Origin: Mustelus asterias
Taxonomy: Eukaryota
Assembly (NCBI RefSeq): GCF_964213995.1
Contig: NC_135811.1
Coordinates: 110,298,001 to 110,362,000, forward strand
Length of the DNA: 64,000 bases
Direction: 5' to 3'
Numbering within the stretch: the stretch's first letter is position 1; each line of letters begins with the position of its first letter. A model generated the notes under the pieces. That model was not told where the DNA came from. It saw only the letters and a list, made by a program, of their open reading frames with translations, and made no database searches. Shown in pieces: positions 37,890-48,709 of the stretch. A program made the position numbers and the translations under genes.

Positions 37890-40828
37890 CTAGACCAATC
37901 GTTTGTATCCCTCCATTCCCAGGCTGCTCATGTGACTATCCAGGTAAGTCTTAAACGATGTCAGCGTGCCTGCCTCCACCACCCTACTTGGCAGCGCATT
38001 CCAGGCCCCCACCACCCTCTGTGTAAAAAACATCCCTCTAATATCTGAGTTATACTTCGCCCCTCTCACCTTGAGCCCGTGACCCCTCGTGAACGTCACT
38101 TCTGATCTGGGAAAAAGCTTCCCACCGTTAACCCTATCTATCCCCTTCATAATCTTGTACACCTCTTTTAGATCTCCTCTCATTCTCCGTCTTTCCAGGG
38201 AGAACAACCCCAGTTTACCCAATCTCTCCTCATAGCTAAGACCCTCCATACCAGGCAACATCCTGGTAAACCTTCTCTGCACTCTCTCTAACGCCTCCAC
38301 GTCCTTCTGGTAGTGCGGTGACCAGAACTGGACGCAGTACTCCAAATGTGGCCTAACCAGCGTTCTATACAGCTGCATCATCAGACTCCAGCTTTTATAC
38401 TCTATACCCCATCCTATAAAGGCAAGCATACCATATGCCTTCTTCACCACCTTCTCCACCTGTGTTGCCACCTTCAAGGATTTGTGGACTTGCACACCTA
38501 GGTCCCTCTGTGTTTCTATACTCCTGATGACTCTGCCATTTATTGTATAACTCCTCCCTACATTATTTCTTCCAAAATGCATCACTTCACATTTATTCGG
38601 ATTAAACTCCATCTGCCACCTCTCCGCCCAATTTTTCAGCCTATTTATATCCTGCTGTATTGCCCGACAATGCTCTTCGCTATCCGCAAGTCCAGCCATC
38701 TTCGTGTCATCCGCAAACTTGCTGATTACACCAGTTACACCTTCTTCCAAATCATTTATATATATCACAAATAGCAGAGGTCCCAGTACAGAGCCCTGCG
38801 GAACACCACTGGTCACAGACCTCCAGCCGGAAAAAGACCCTTCGACCACTACCCTCTGTCTCCTGTGGCCAAGCCAGTTCTCCACCCATCTAGCCACTTC
38901 TCCTTGTATCCCATGAGCCTTAACCTTCTTAACCAACCTGCCATGTGGGACTTTGTCAAGTGCCTTACTGAAATCCATATGGACAACATCCACGGCCCTT
39001 CCTTCGTCAACCGTTTTTGTCACTTCCTCAAAAAACTTCACCAAATTTGTAAGGCACGACCTCCCTCTTACAAAACCATGCTGTCTGTCACTAATGAGAT
39101 TGTTCCGTTCTAAATGCACATACATCCTGTCTCTAAGAATCCTCTCCAACAACTTCCCTACCACGGACGTCAAGCTCACCGACCTATAATTTCCTGGGTT
39201 ATCCCTGCTACCCTTCTGAAACAACGGGACCACATTCGCTATCCTCCAACCCTCAGGGACCTCACCCATGTCCAAAGAAGCGACAAAGATTTCCGTCAGA
39301 GGCCCAGCAATTTCATCTCTCATCTCCCTGAGCAGTTGAGGATAGATGCCATCAGGCCCTGGGGCTTTGTCAGTTTTAATGTTCCCTAAAAAACCTAACA
39401 CTTCCTCTCTTGTAATGGAGATTTTCTCTAACGGGTCAACACCTCCCTCCGAGACACTCCCGGTTAACACGCCCCTCTCCTTCGTGAATACCGATGCAAA
39501 GTATTCATTTAGGATCTCCCCTATTCCCTTGGGTTCTAAGCATAATTCCCCTCCTTTGTCCCTGAGAGGTCCGATTTTCTCCCTGACAACTCTTTTGTTT
39601 CTAACGTATGAATAGAATGCCTTAGGATTCTCCTTAATCCTGCCTGCCAAGAACATCTCGTGACCGCTTTTTGCTCTTCGAACTCCCCGTTTGAGTTCTT
39701 TCCTACTCTCTCTGTATTCTTCCAGAGCTCCATCTGTTTTCTGTTGCCTGGACTTAACGTACGCCTCCCTTTTCATTTTAATCAGATCCTCAATTTCCCT
39801 GGTTATCCACGGCTCTTGAATCCTACCTTTCCTATCTTTCCTTTTTACAGGCACATGCCTATCCTGCAGCCTTATCAATAGTTCCTTAAAAGACTCCCAC
39901 ATGCCAGACGCGGACTTACCCTCGAACATCCTCTCCCAATCAACATCCATCAATTCCTGCCTAATCCGGCTATAGTTAGCCTTCCCCCAATTTAGCACCC
40001 TGCCCGTAGGACAGCACTCATCCTTGTCCATTACTATCCTAAAGTTAACAGAGTGTGGTCACTATTTGCCACATGTTCCCCTACCGAAACTTTGACGACC
40101 TGACCGGGCTCATTTCCCAGAACTAGGTCCAGTATAGCCCCCTCTCTAGTCGGGCTATCTACATACTGTTCCAAAGAACCTTCCAGTATGCATTTTACAA
40201 ATTCCTCCCCGTCCGGACCCCCAGCTCTAAGCACTTTCCAGTCTGTGCCAGGGAAATTAAAGTCCCCCACTACAACAACCCTATTTTTTGTGCACCTATC
40301 CAGAATCTCCTGACATATCCTTTCCTCCACTTCCCGTGGGCTGTTGGGTGGTCTGTAGTACACCCCCAGCATAGTGACTGCACCCTTCCTGTTTCTGAGT
40401 TCCACCCACAGCGACTCAGTACATGACCCCTCTAAGTTGTCTACCCTCTGCACCGCGGTAATATGCTCCTTAACTAATATCGCTACTCCCCCACCTTTTT
40501 TAGCCCCTCCTCTGTCTCGCATAAAACACTTATACCCCAGAATATTCAGCTGCCAGTCCTGTCCTTTTAACCAAGTTTCCGTAACCGCAACCACATCCAA
40601 ATTCCGCACAAGCATTAAGGCCCTAAGTTCGTCTGTTTTACCCGTTACGCTCCCCGCATTGAAGCAGATGCACTCCAGACCTCCAGGCCCAGTCAGGTCA
40701 TCCTCCTCCAGAGTGCTCCTCTTCTTAGCTAGCCTTGCCCTGGCCCCCAGCTCGACCCCAGCCTCAGTATTTACTGACCTACTGTTTTGTTCCCCACCCC
40801 CCTGCCACTCTAGTTTAAATCCTGCCAA
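37890..40828 (-). pseudogene. CR1 ORF2 (APE endonuclease + reverse transcriptase) with one frameshift at ~40050
   Basis: 264-aa EN frame (VAVTETW, YYRPPN, VGDFN, LDLVL, SDH) then a 713-aa RT frame (QHGF, QGSVLGP, FADDTK). Confidence 0.9.
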
Positions 40829-41736
40829 AACACTCTAGCAAAACTCCCAGCCAGGATATTTGCTCCCTTCCAGTTAAGGTGTAACCCATCCTTTCTGTAC
40901 AGTTGCCATCCTGACTTGAAGATTTCCCAGTTATCTATGAATTTAAAACCCTCCCTCTTGCACCAGTCCTTTAGCCACGCGTTCAACTGTAGAATCTCCC
41001 TGTTCCGAGCTTCACTTGCACTAGACACCGGGAGCAGTCCAGAGATTGCTACACTGGAGGTCTTACTTTTTAGCCCAGCACCCAACTCCCTGAATTTCTC
41101 TCGTATGACCCCCCTGCTCTTCCTACCTACATCATTTTCACCAATGTGTATAATCACATCCGTTTGACTACCTTCCTTTTTAAATATGCTTCCTACCCTC
41201 TCGGAGACATCCAGTACCCCAGCACCAGGGAGGCAGACTACCATCCTGGATTCTCGTTCACTCCCACAGAACCGCCTGTCCGTGCCTCTAACCATTGCGT
41301 CCCCTACAACTATCGCTCTCCTAAACCCCTTCTTTCCCTTCCGGACCCCTGAGCCTGTCTCCGTAGAGGCGATCTGGTCCTCGTGGCTTACCCCTGGAGG
41401 GTCATCCCCCTCCACAGAATCCAAAACAATATACCTATTTTGGAGGGGGACAACCACAGGGGATCCCTCCACAGACTGCTCACTCCCTTCCCTTCTCCCA
41501 TCTGTTGCCCATCCCTTTCTTTTATGGGAGACTGCCACTGGGGTACTTTCTGGCACATCACCCTTCTGACTATTACCCCTCCTAACTGTGACCCACGTGT
41601 CTTCCTTCCGAGACCCTGGTGTCACTACCTGACTATAACTTTCATCTATTAATCTCTCATTTTCCCTAACTAAACTGAGTTCATCGAGCCTCAGCTCCAG
41701 CTCCCTCACACGATCCTTCAGGAGTTGCAGTTCCAC
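40810..41736 (-). CDS. CR1 ORF1 (coiled coil + SGNH esterase-like domain), N-terminus incomplete
   Basis: ELQLLKDRVRELELRLDEL coiled coil; IVVGDAMVRG, CLPGA, HIGEND and DGLHLN esterase motifs typical of CR1 ORF1. Confidence 0.85.
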   Translation of the reverse strand: MELQLLKDRVRELELRLDELSLVRENERLIDESYSQVVTPGSRKEDTWVTVRRGNSQKGDVPESTPVAVSHKRKGWATDGRREGSEQSVEGSPVVVPLQNRYIVLDSVEGDDPPGVSHEDQIASTETGSGVRKGKKGFRRAIVVGDAMVRGTDRRFCGSERESRMVVCLPGAGVLDVSERVGSIFKKEGSQTDVIIHIGENDVGRKSRGVIREKFRELGAGLKSKTSSVAISGLLPVSSASEARNREILQLNAWLKDWCKREGFKFIDNWEIFKSGWQLYRKDGLHLNWKGANILAGSFARVFWQDLN

Positions 41737-41809
41737 ACATCTGGCACAGATATGGACTTCCGGGAGGACTTTTATATTTTTGCCATTTTTTGCATTATTC
41801 TTGAAAACA

Positions 41810-42376
41810 NNNNNNNNNNNNNNNNNNNNNNNNNNNNNNNNNNNNNNNNNNNNNNNNNNNNNNNNNNNNNNNNNNNNNNNNNNNNNNNNNNNNNNNNNNN
41901 NNNNNNNNNNNNNNNNNNNNNNNNNNNNNNNNNNNNNNNNNNNNNNNNNNNNNNNNNNNNNNNNNNNNNNNNNNNNNNNNNNNNNNNNNNNNNNNNNNNN
42001 NNNNNNNNNNNNNNNNNNNNNNNNNNNNNNNNNNNNNNNNNNNNNNNNNNNNNNTGTGGGAGTGTGNNNNNNNNNNNNNNNNNNNNNNNNNNNNNNNNNN
42101 NNNNNNNNNNNNNNNNNNNNNNNNNNNNNNNNNNNNNNNNNNNNNNNNNNNNNNNNNNNNNNNNNNNNNNNNNNNNNNNNNNNNNNNNNNNNNNNNNNNN
42201 NNNNNNTGTNNNNNNNNNNNNNNNNNNNNNNNNNNNNNNNNNNNNNNNNNNNNNNNNNNNNNNNNNNNNNNNNNNNNNNNNNNNNNNNNNNNNNNNNNNN
42301 NNNNNNNNNNNNNNNNNNNNNNNNNNNNNNNNNNNNNNNNNNNNNNNNNNNNNNNNNNNNNNNNNNNNNNNNNNNN
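41810..42376. other. Assembly gap / N-masked region
   Basis: Run of N with a few called TG-rich bases. Confidence 1.
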
Positions 42377-43873
42377 TATGTGTGGGTGAGTGTGTGTGGG
42401 TATGTGTATGTATGTAAATTATTTAATTATGTTGAGGAAAAGTTACTCGGGGTAGGTTGTCTGGGGGTTTAAGACATGAAAGAGTAGAGGTGTTCAGTTT
42501 GTGCATTAGTAATGAAATAATATTGGTGGTTTTGAGGTGCAACTAAATAGGCTGGATATAACATTTACCTTTTTAAATGTTTGAATATCAAATAAAAGTC
42601 AAAGGTGTCAAGAAAGATTTTCCAGGGTTCCATTGGATAAAGGGAAGACGGCGTGTTCGACGTTATTGACCCGGAAACAGACAAAATAGAAATATGGAAG
42701 ATTTCACATTTAGAATTATCTGAGTTCCAAAGAGATGTGGGAACATTGGAGCCTGAGGGAGGGGGAGGTGAAAGGTATTTTAGAGATACTGACGAGATCT
42801 TAGGTGTTGCCTGTGTGAGAAAAATCGCCCAGAAACAGCCTTGGGCTGAGAGAAAGTGCAGCTGTCCAGCAAGGCCAGAAAAATCCTGAGGCTGAGGAAA
42901 GCAGTCTTGTTTCTGAAAGTTTCTTAGATTTCCACAGCAGAGTGGAAGAGCTTAATGGGTTGGGTGGTTTACCATATTAAGGTGATGTCTTTTGGGTAAG
43001 ATTACTGGATTTTTATCTGGGTTAAACATCTATAAGGGAGTATTGCCTGGAAGGTGTTTACTTGTGGATCTGGCTAGTAGGAAGTCTTTTGGAGGTATAT
43101 TTTGTAAGACTAATTTTAACTGTGTAACTATAATCTTATGTGCTTAAGTTTTCTTTTCTTCTTGTTGATAAACCTTTTACTTTTCTTTAAATTCCAGAAG
43201 AGTTTGAGATTTCTTTCTGCTGAGGTTAGTATGTTTCCCTCTTGGTTTCACATTGCAAATGAAAGGTTATGGCCCATTAGTCAAGTTTCCCTCTGGGATT
43301 TGGTTTGATCAGCAATTAACATAACCAGACAAAACTTTAAAGGGAGGCTGGCGATTCTTGGTCTTGCCCTTTCTTGGCCTTTCCTGAGGAGAGCTCGATA
43401 CAGCAGAAAGGTCATAGAAGCAGCAGGAACTGACTGGTTTTCTCTTTGATATATTTTTCCTCCTAATCAATTGCTCAGTTGGTGATGTTTGACATTTGGA
43501 CCATGACATATGAGTGTGTATCTGTGTAAAACCACATCTCCCGATGTTGACAGGTAACAACATCTAAGTGAAGTAAATCCAGTCACTACAATGTTAGACA
43601 TGGAGGAGAACCCAGGACCACTTGGGATAGAGAGACAACACCCAAAGCAACAACCGCCCTGAGGGGAAAATTGACACCGGGAAATGATTCACTTTAGCAT
43701 CATGGAGTATCCTGGGTTAGAGCAGTTAGTGAACTGTCCCAGGTTAGAGCTGGGGACGTGAGCAAGTGAGGTGAGTATAGTTCTCAGGGCAACCATGTAT
43801 TGTTTTGGTGACAAATGCAGAATGGTCTCAGTGGAGGGAGGATTCTGATTATAAAGTCCGGCACTGGAAGTAA

Positions 43874-44225
43874 AGGCGGCACGGTAGCACAGTGGTTAGC
43901 ACTGCTGGTTCACAGCTCCAGGGACCTGGGTTCGATTCCCAGCTCGGGTCACTGTCTGTGTGGAGTTTGCACATCCTCCTCGTGTCTGCGTGGGTTTCCT
44001 CTGGGTGCTCCGGTTTCCTCCAACAGTCCAAAGATGTGCGGGTTAGGTTGATTGGCCGTGCTAAAATTGCCCCTTAGTGTCTTGAGATGGGTAGGTTAGT
44101 GGGATTAGTGGGTAAATATGTAGGGATATGGGGGTAGGGCCTGGGTGGGATTGTGGTCGGTGCAGACTCGATGGGCCGAATGGCCTCTTTCTACACTGTA
44201 GGGTTTCTATGATTCTTCTATGATT
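43874..44225 (+). mobile_element. HE1-like SINE, full length
   Basis: GGCGGCACGGTAGCACAGTGGTTAGC...GGGTTCGATTCC...TTTCTATGATT; nearly identical to 36575-36920. Confidence 0.85.
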
Positions 44226-44873
44226 CTTTCTATGAATGTGGCCCTGTCTCCTGTAACCCTCTCCCAGCCCATCGACACTCACGCCTCACCCTCCCTATAC
44301 AACTCTCATCCCTCCCCCTCCTTCCCGCCCCCCTTCCTCCCTCCCCACCACCCCCCCGCCCCCCCACACACACTCTCTGTTATGTTATTGGCGATTGCGA
44401 TTCCTATTGTTGTCTCCAGAATGTTCACTTTTCTTGCTTTTATAACCTAAACCCCACAGTAGGGAGCGAGTTTACAGCCGTCGCTTTGCATTCTTGGCTT
44501 CAGGTTAATTCTTTTTCGAATGAAGCGTTTTTGGATATTTTTCCATTTGTTGCCAGCGAGTCTCTGAGGAAATTATGAAACTGTCTCAAAGCAGCAAGTT
44601 CCTCAGTCATTCTTTATTAAAAATAAAATGAAACTTTCCAGTGAATAATTACAAAAATAAGTCAGGAAACATCTACTTAAATACAATCTTTTTGCTTTAG
44701 TGCCCGAAGTACATTTCACATAATCGCTAAACTTCCAGTTACATTTCACAATTTCTTCCACTTGCTGTCCTGCCTCTCACTCCATCATCATCCGACCCAC
44801 AAAATCTCCCCCCGCGAAACATTCCTCAACACAGTCAGCCTTTGCACTCAGTCCCGCCGCCTCTCAGCCTCTC

Positions 44874-45285
44874 TCAGCCTCTCTGAGCTTCCTGGGACAT
44901 GGACCTGGACAGGGATCTTTGCACCATGTCCGCTTTCTTGCTGTCCAGTCTGACAGGCTGGATGACTGGAGGAAGTTCTCTGGTGATCTCGGAGATGTCT
45001 CTCTTATCCTGACACCTGCCGCCCGAGCCCAGAGCTCGCTCCAGCTCAATGATTGTACTTAGCTCTGGGGGAGTCACTGCCCTTTCCACCTTGTTGCTGA
45101 TGTGAGTGGGGCTGAAGATGGGCAGTGGCAGCTGCTTGCGGTATGGCAGGCGGTACTCAGTCAGTGCCTCTCCCAAGCGGCCCATCCTCATCACATTGTT
45201 GGGGTTTCGCTGCACCAGGTAGGTCACCTGATATTTCCTGTTGTAACTCTCCTTCCGGACATCATCCACCTCGTTTAAAGAGCAT
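44874..45285 (-). CDS. TCAP: Telethonin copy 2, exon 2
   Basis: Reverse complement of 18892-19303 with an identical translation; own AATAAA at 44618-44613. Confidence 0.95.
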
Positions 45286-45407
45286 CTGCCACAAGGAGAA
45301 ACATGTAGATTAACAGATGGAGATTTAGCCGGATCCTCATCCATATTCCCTTCATTAACAACGCCTTTTCTCAAACAATCTCTGTCTGAACCTGGCTGTG
45401 CCTCTCT

Positions 45408-45915
45408 GTCTCTCTGTGTGACCCCCCCTCTGTCTCTCTCTCTGTCTCGGTCTGTGACTCTCTGTATGACCCTCCCTCTGTCTCTCTCTCTCTCTCTGTC
45501 TGTGACTCTCTGTGTGACCCACCCTCTGTTTGTCTCTCTGTATTTCTCTCTCTCGCTCTCCCTGTTCCTTTATATCTATTTGTCTCTCGGTCTTTCTGTA
45601 TCTCTCTCTGTCGCTGATTCTCTCACTGGCTTTCTCTCTCTCTCTTCCTCTGTCTCTGTGCGCGTCTGTTTTCTCTCACTCTCGAATTATCTCTCTCTGT
45701 CTCTCTGTTGATCTCACTTTATTCTCTCTGTGTGTGTCTCTCTGTGTGTGTCTCTCTTTGTCTCTCTCTCTGTCACTATTTTCTCTCTGACTCCTCTCCC
45801 CCCCCCCCACCCCCCGCGTCTCTGTCTCCTTATTTCTCTATATATATATTTCTATGTCTCTTTGTATCTTTCTCTCTATCCCCCCTGTCTGTGTTCCCCC
45901 TCCCCCTCTGTGCCT
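45408..45915. repeat. CT-rich microsatellite in the TCAP copy 2 intron
   Basis: (CT)n/(CTGT) tract of similar composition to, but different sequence from, 18238-18770. Confidence 0.9.
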
Positions 45916-46027
45916 CAGTCACTGGGCTGTAACTTGCTGTTCTCTCAGTGCTGACCCTGGGCGATACTCCAGTGAGCGGCCCTCTGTGAGCCAGTGAGGA
46001 CTGGGCACAGTTTGGGTGGAGACTCAC

Positions 46028-46146
46028 CGCTCCTGAGCCCGTGTCCTGACGCTGAGTTGCTGCCACTGTGCAGAGTAAAGCTCCTTCCTCTGGCTGTTCT
46101 CCTCATTCACTAAGCAGCTGAGAGTGGCAGTGGGTGTCAGTTCCAT
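46028..46146 (-). CDS. TCAP: Telethonin copy 2, exon 1
   Basis: ATG at 46146, 119 nt, donor GTGAGT; identical to 18007-18125. Confidence 0.93.
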
Positions 46147-46217
46147 CCCAGCGACAGTCTCCCTGTTTGGGTTCACCAGCTTCTCCCAGTGCCTGTGTGT
46201 GCGGGGACAGCCGCCCC

Positions 46218-46223
46218 TTTATA
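46218..46223 (-). promoter_or_regulatory. TATA box of TCAP copy 2
   Basis: TATAAA at the same distance from the ATG as in copy 1. Confidence 0.7.
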
Positions 46224-46499
46224 CACACCCGGGGCTATTTCGGGGAATGTTCTCAGTGTCTAAATTCACTCGAACAACTCACCGCAGAATTGTTGACTCG
46301 CTCCCAGTGATTTCCAGATATCAGCACCTAAAGTTCAAGCTTCACAGCTGTCTGTGTGACTGCCCAGAGCAGGGATAATGTTCCTAATCGGATTAATGAG
46401 CAGTCCTGCTTCACATTGACCAGAATCAGGCTCTGAGCAACAAAGGAGCCGATTGAACGACTGGAACAATCCCCAAAGTCAGGGCGAAGATCAAAGGAC

Positions 46500-47165
46500 A
46501 TCACCCCAACCCTCCCTCCCCAACAAACACACCCACCCACCCCCTCCCCCACCTACCCCCATCCCCTACCCACCCACCCCCCACCCACATCCCCACACCC
46601 TCCCCCACCCACCCCCCACCCACACACCCATCCCCTACCCACCCTCCCCCACCCACCCCCCACCCACATCCCCACACCGTCCCCCACCCACCCCCACCCA
46701 CACCTCCACACCCTCCCACCCCCACCCAACCCCCACCCACACCCCCCACACCACCCGCCCCCTCCCCCACCCACCGCCATCCCCTACCCACCCACCCCCG
46801 ACCGACACCCTCACACCGTCCCCCACCCACACTCACCCCCACCCACACCTCCACACACCACGGACGCCCAACCCCCACCCACACCTCCACACACCACCCA
46901 CCCACCCCCCACCCCCAACTCACCCCCCAACCAAAACCCCACCCATCCCCCTCACATCCCCTCCCTCCCCTACAAAACCCTCTCTCTCCCCACCCCACAC
47001 CCACCCCTACACACTCCCACACCCCCCCCTACACACACAACCACCCTCTCCCACATCCTCTCCCCATCCCCCACCCCTTCCCCCACACCCCACCCATATC
47101 CCTCCCCACACCCCACACCTCTGCACACCCCACCAAAACCACACTCCCCTACTCACACCCCACCC
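46500..47165. repeat. C/A-rich low-complexity tract
   Basis: (CCCA)-rich; G-rich on the minus strand. Confidence 0.9.
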
Positions 47166-47204
47166 AGAGACATGAGCATCTCTCCCAGGCTGACACCCGA
47201 AGTG

Positions 47205-48307
47205 CAGTACTGAGGGAGTACCGCACTGTCAGAGCGTCAGTACTGAGGGAGTGCCGCACTGTCAGAGCGTCAGTACTGAGGGAGTGCCGCACTGTCAGAG
47301 GGTCAGTACTGAGGGAGTGCTGCACTGTCAGAGCGTCAGTACTGAGGGAGTGCCGCACTGTCAGCGGGTCAGTACTGAGGGAGTGCTGCACTGTCAGAGG
47401 GTCAGTACTGAGGGAGCGCTGCACTGTCAGAGGGTCAGTACTGAAGGAGTGCCGCACTGTCAGAGGGTCAGTACTGAGGGAGTGCCGCACTGTCAGAGGG
47501 TCAGTACTGAGGGAGTGCCGCACTGTCAGAGGGTCAGTACTGAGGGAGTGCCGCACTGACAGAGGGTCAGTGCTGAGGGAGTGCCGCACTGTCAGAGGGT
47601 CAGTGCTGAGGGAGTGCCGCACTGTCAGAGGGTCAGTACTGAGAGTGTGCCGCACTGTCAGAGGGTCAGTACTGAGGGAGTGCCGCACTGTCAGAGGGTC
47701 AGTGCTGAGGGAGTGCTGCACTGCCAGAGGGTCAGTACTGAGGGAGTGCCGCACTGTCAGAGGGTCAGTGCTGAGGGAGTGCCGCACTGTCAGAGGGTCA
47801 GTGCTGAGAGAGTGCCGCACTGTCAGAGGGTCAGTACTGAGAGAGTGCCGCACTGTCAGAGGGTCAGTACTGAGGGAGTGCCGCACTGTCAGAGGGTCAG
47901 TACTGAGGGAGTGCCGCACTGTCAGAGGGTCAGTGCTGAGGGAGTGCTGCACTGTCAAAGGGTCAGTGCTGAGGGAGTGCTGCACTGTCAGAGGGTCAGT
48001 GCTGAGGGAGTGCTGCACTGTCAGAGGGTCAGTGCTGAGGGAGTGCCGCACTGTCAGAGGGTCAGTACTGAGGGAGTGCCGCACTGTCAGAGGGTCAGTA
48101 CTGAGGGAGTGCCGCACTGTCAGAGGGTCAGTGCTGAGGGAGCGCCGCACTGTCAGAGGGTCAGTACTGAGGGAGTGCCGCACTGTCAGAGGGTCAGTAC
48201 TGAGGGAGTGCCGCACTGTCAGAGGGTCAGTACTGAGGGAGTGCCGCACTGTCAGAGGGTCAGTACTGAGGGAGTGCGGCACTGTCAGAGGGTCAGTACT
48301 GAGGGAG
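47205..48307. repeat. 33-bp minisatellite (GTACTGAGGGAGTGCCGCACTGTCAGAGGGTCA)n expanded inside a Deu-domain SINE
   Basis: About 33 units, preceded by CCAGAGACATGAGCA..CAGGCTGACAC..GTGCAG (SacSINE1/AmnSINE1-like); SINE tail relic at ~48570-48660. Confidence 0.9.
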
Positions 48308-48709
48308 CAGAACCTGCCAGAGGTGCACAGGTGAGTTCAGCCCCCGGGGGGTGAGGGCTATGCCTGGCAATACCCTGGCACAGCTCTTGCAGGTGGTTGG
48401 GGAGGATTGGGTGGGGGGTCGGGGGGTGGGGGCGCCTTTTTTAAAAGCCTCAGTTCCTGGCCACCAGCGCAAGTCGCGAGGACCCACCCCCCCCCCCCCC
48501 CCAACAGTTCTTGTCAACGAGGTTAAAAATACAGCGGGAAGCTGCCGCTTGGATTCTCACCAGATAAACACTGCCCAACATTTCAACAAGTACTTTACTG
48601 GCTGGAAAATGCTCTGGGACATCCCGTGGCTGTGAAAGGAGTGATAGAAATTCAAGTTATTTACTTTACTGAGAGACGGGGTGTGGGATCGTGTGAGTCA
48701 CAAACACAA

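Larger units (their letters stand above)
37813..41760 (-). mobile_element. Near-full-length young CR1 LINE
   Basis: ORF1, endonuclease and RT in order, with 3' tail (GTTCTTT)n at ~37813. Only one apparent frameshift, near 40050. Confidence 0.95.

Noticed and set aside
42480-43800. Possible Gypsy LTR and leader right of the gap
   Set aside because: Composition is suggestive, but I could not define termini, a PBS or a TSD.
44859-46255. TCAP copy 2 as an uncollapsed allelic haplotype across the N-gap
   Set aside because: Flanks, 3' UTR and intron core are unrelated to copy 1, which alleles would share. Not formally excluded without reads.
47149-48354. Repetitive 250-380-aa ORFs and a CRISPR-like 33-bp periodicity
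   Set aside because: Head-to-tail units with no unique spacers, no cas genes and a eukaryotic context; a minisatellite.
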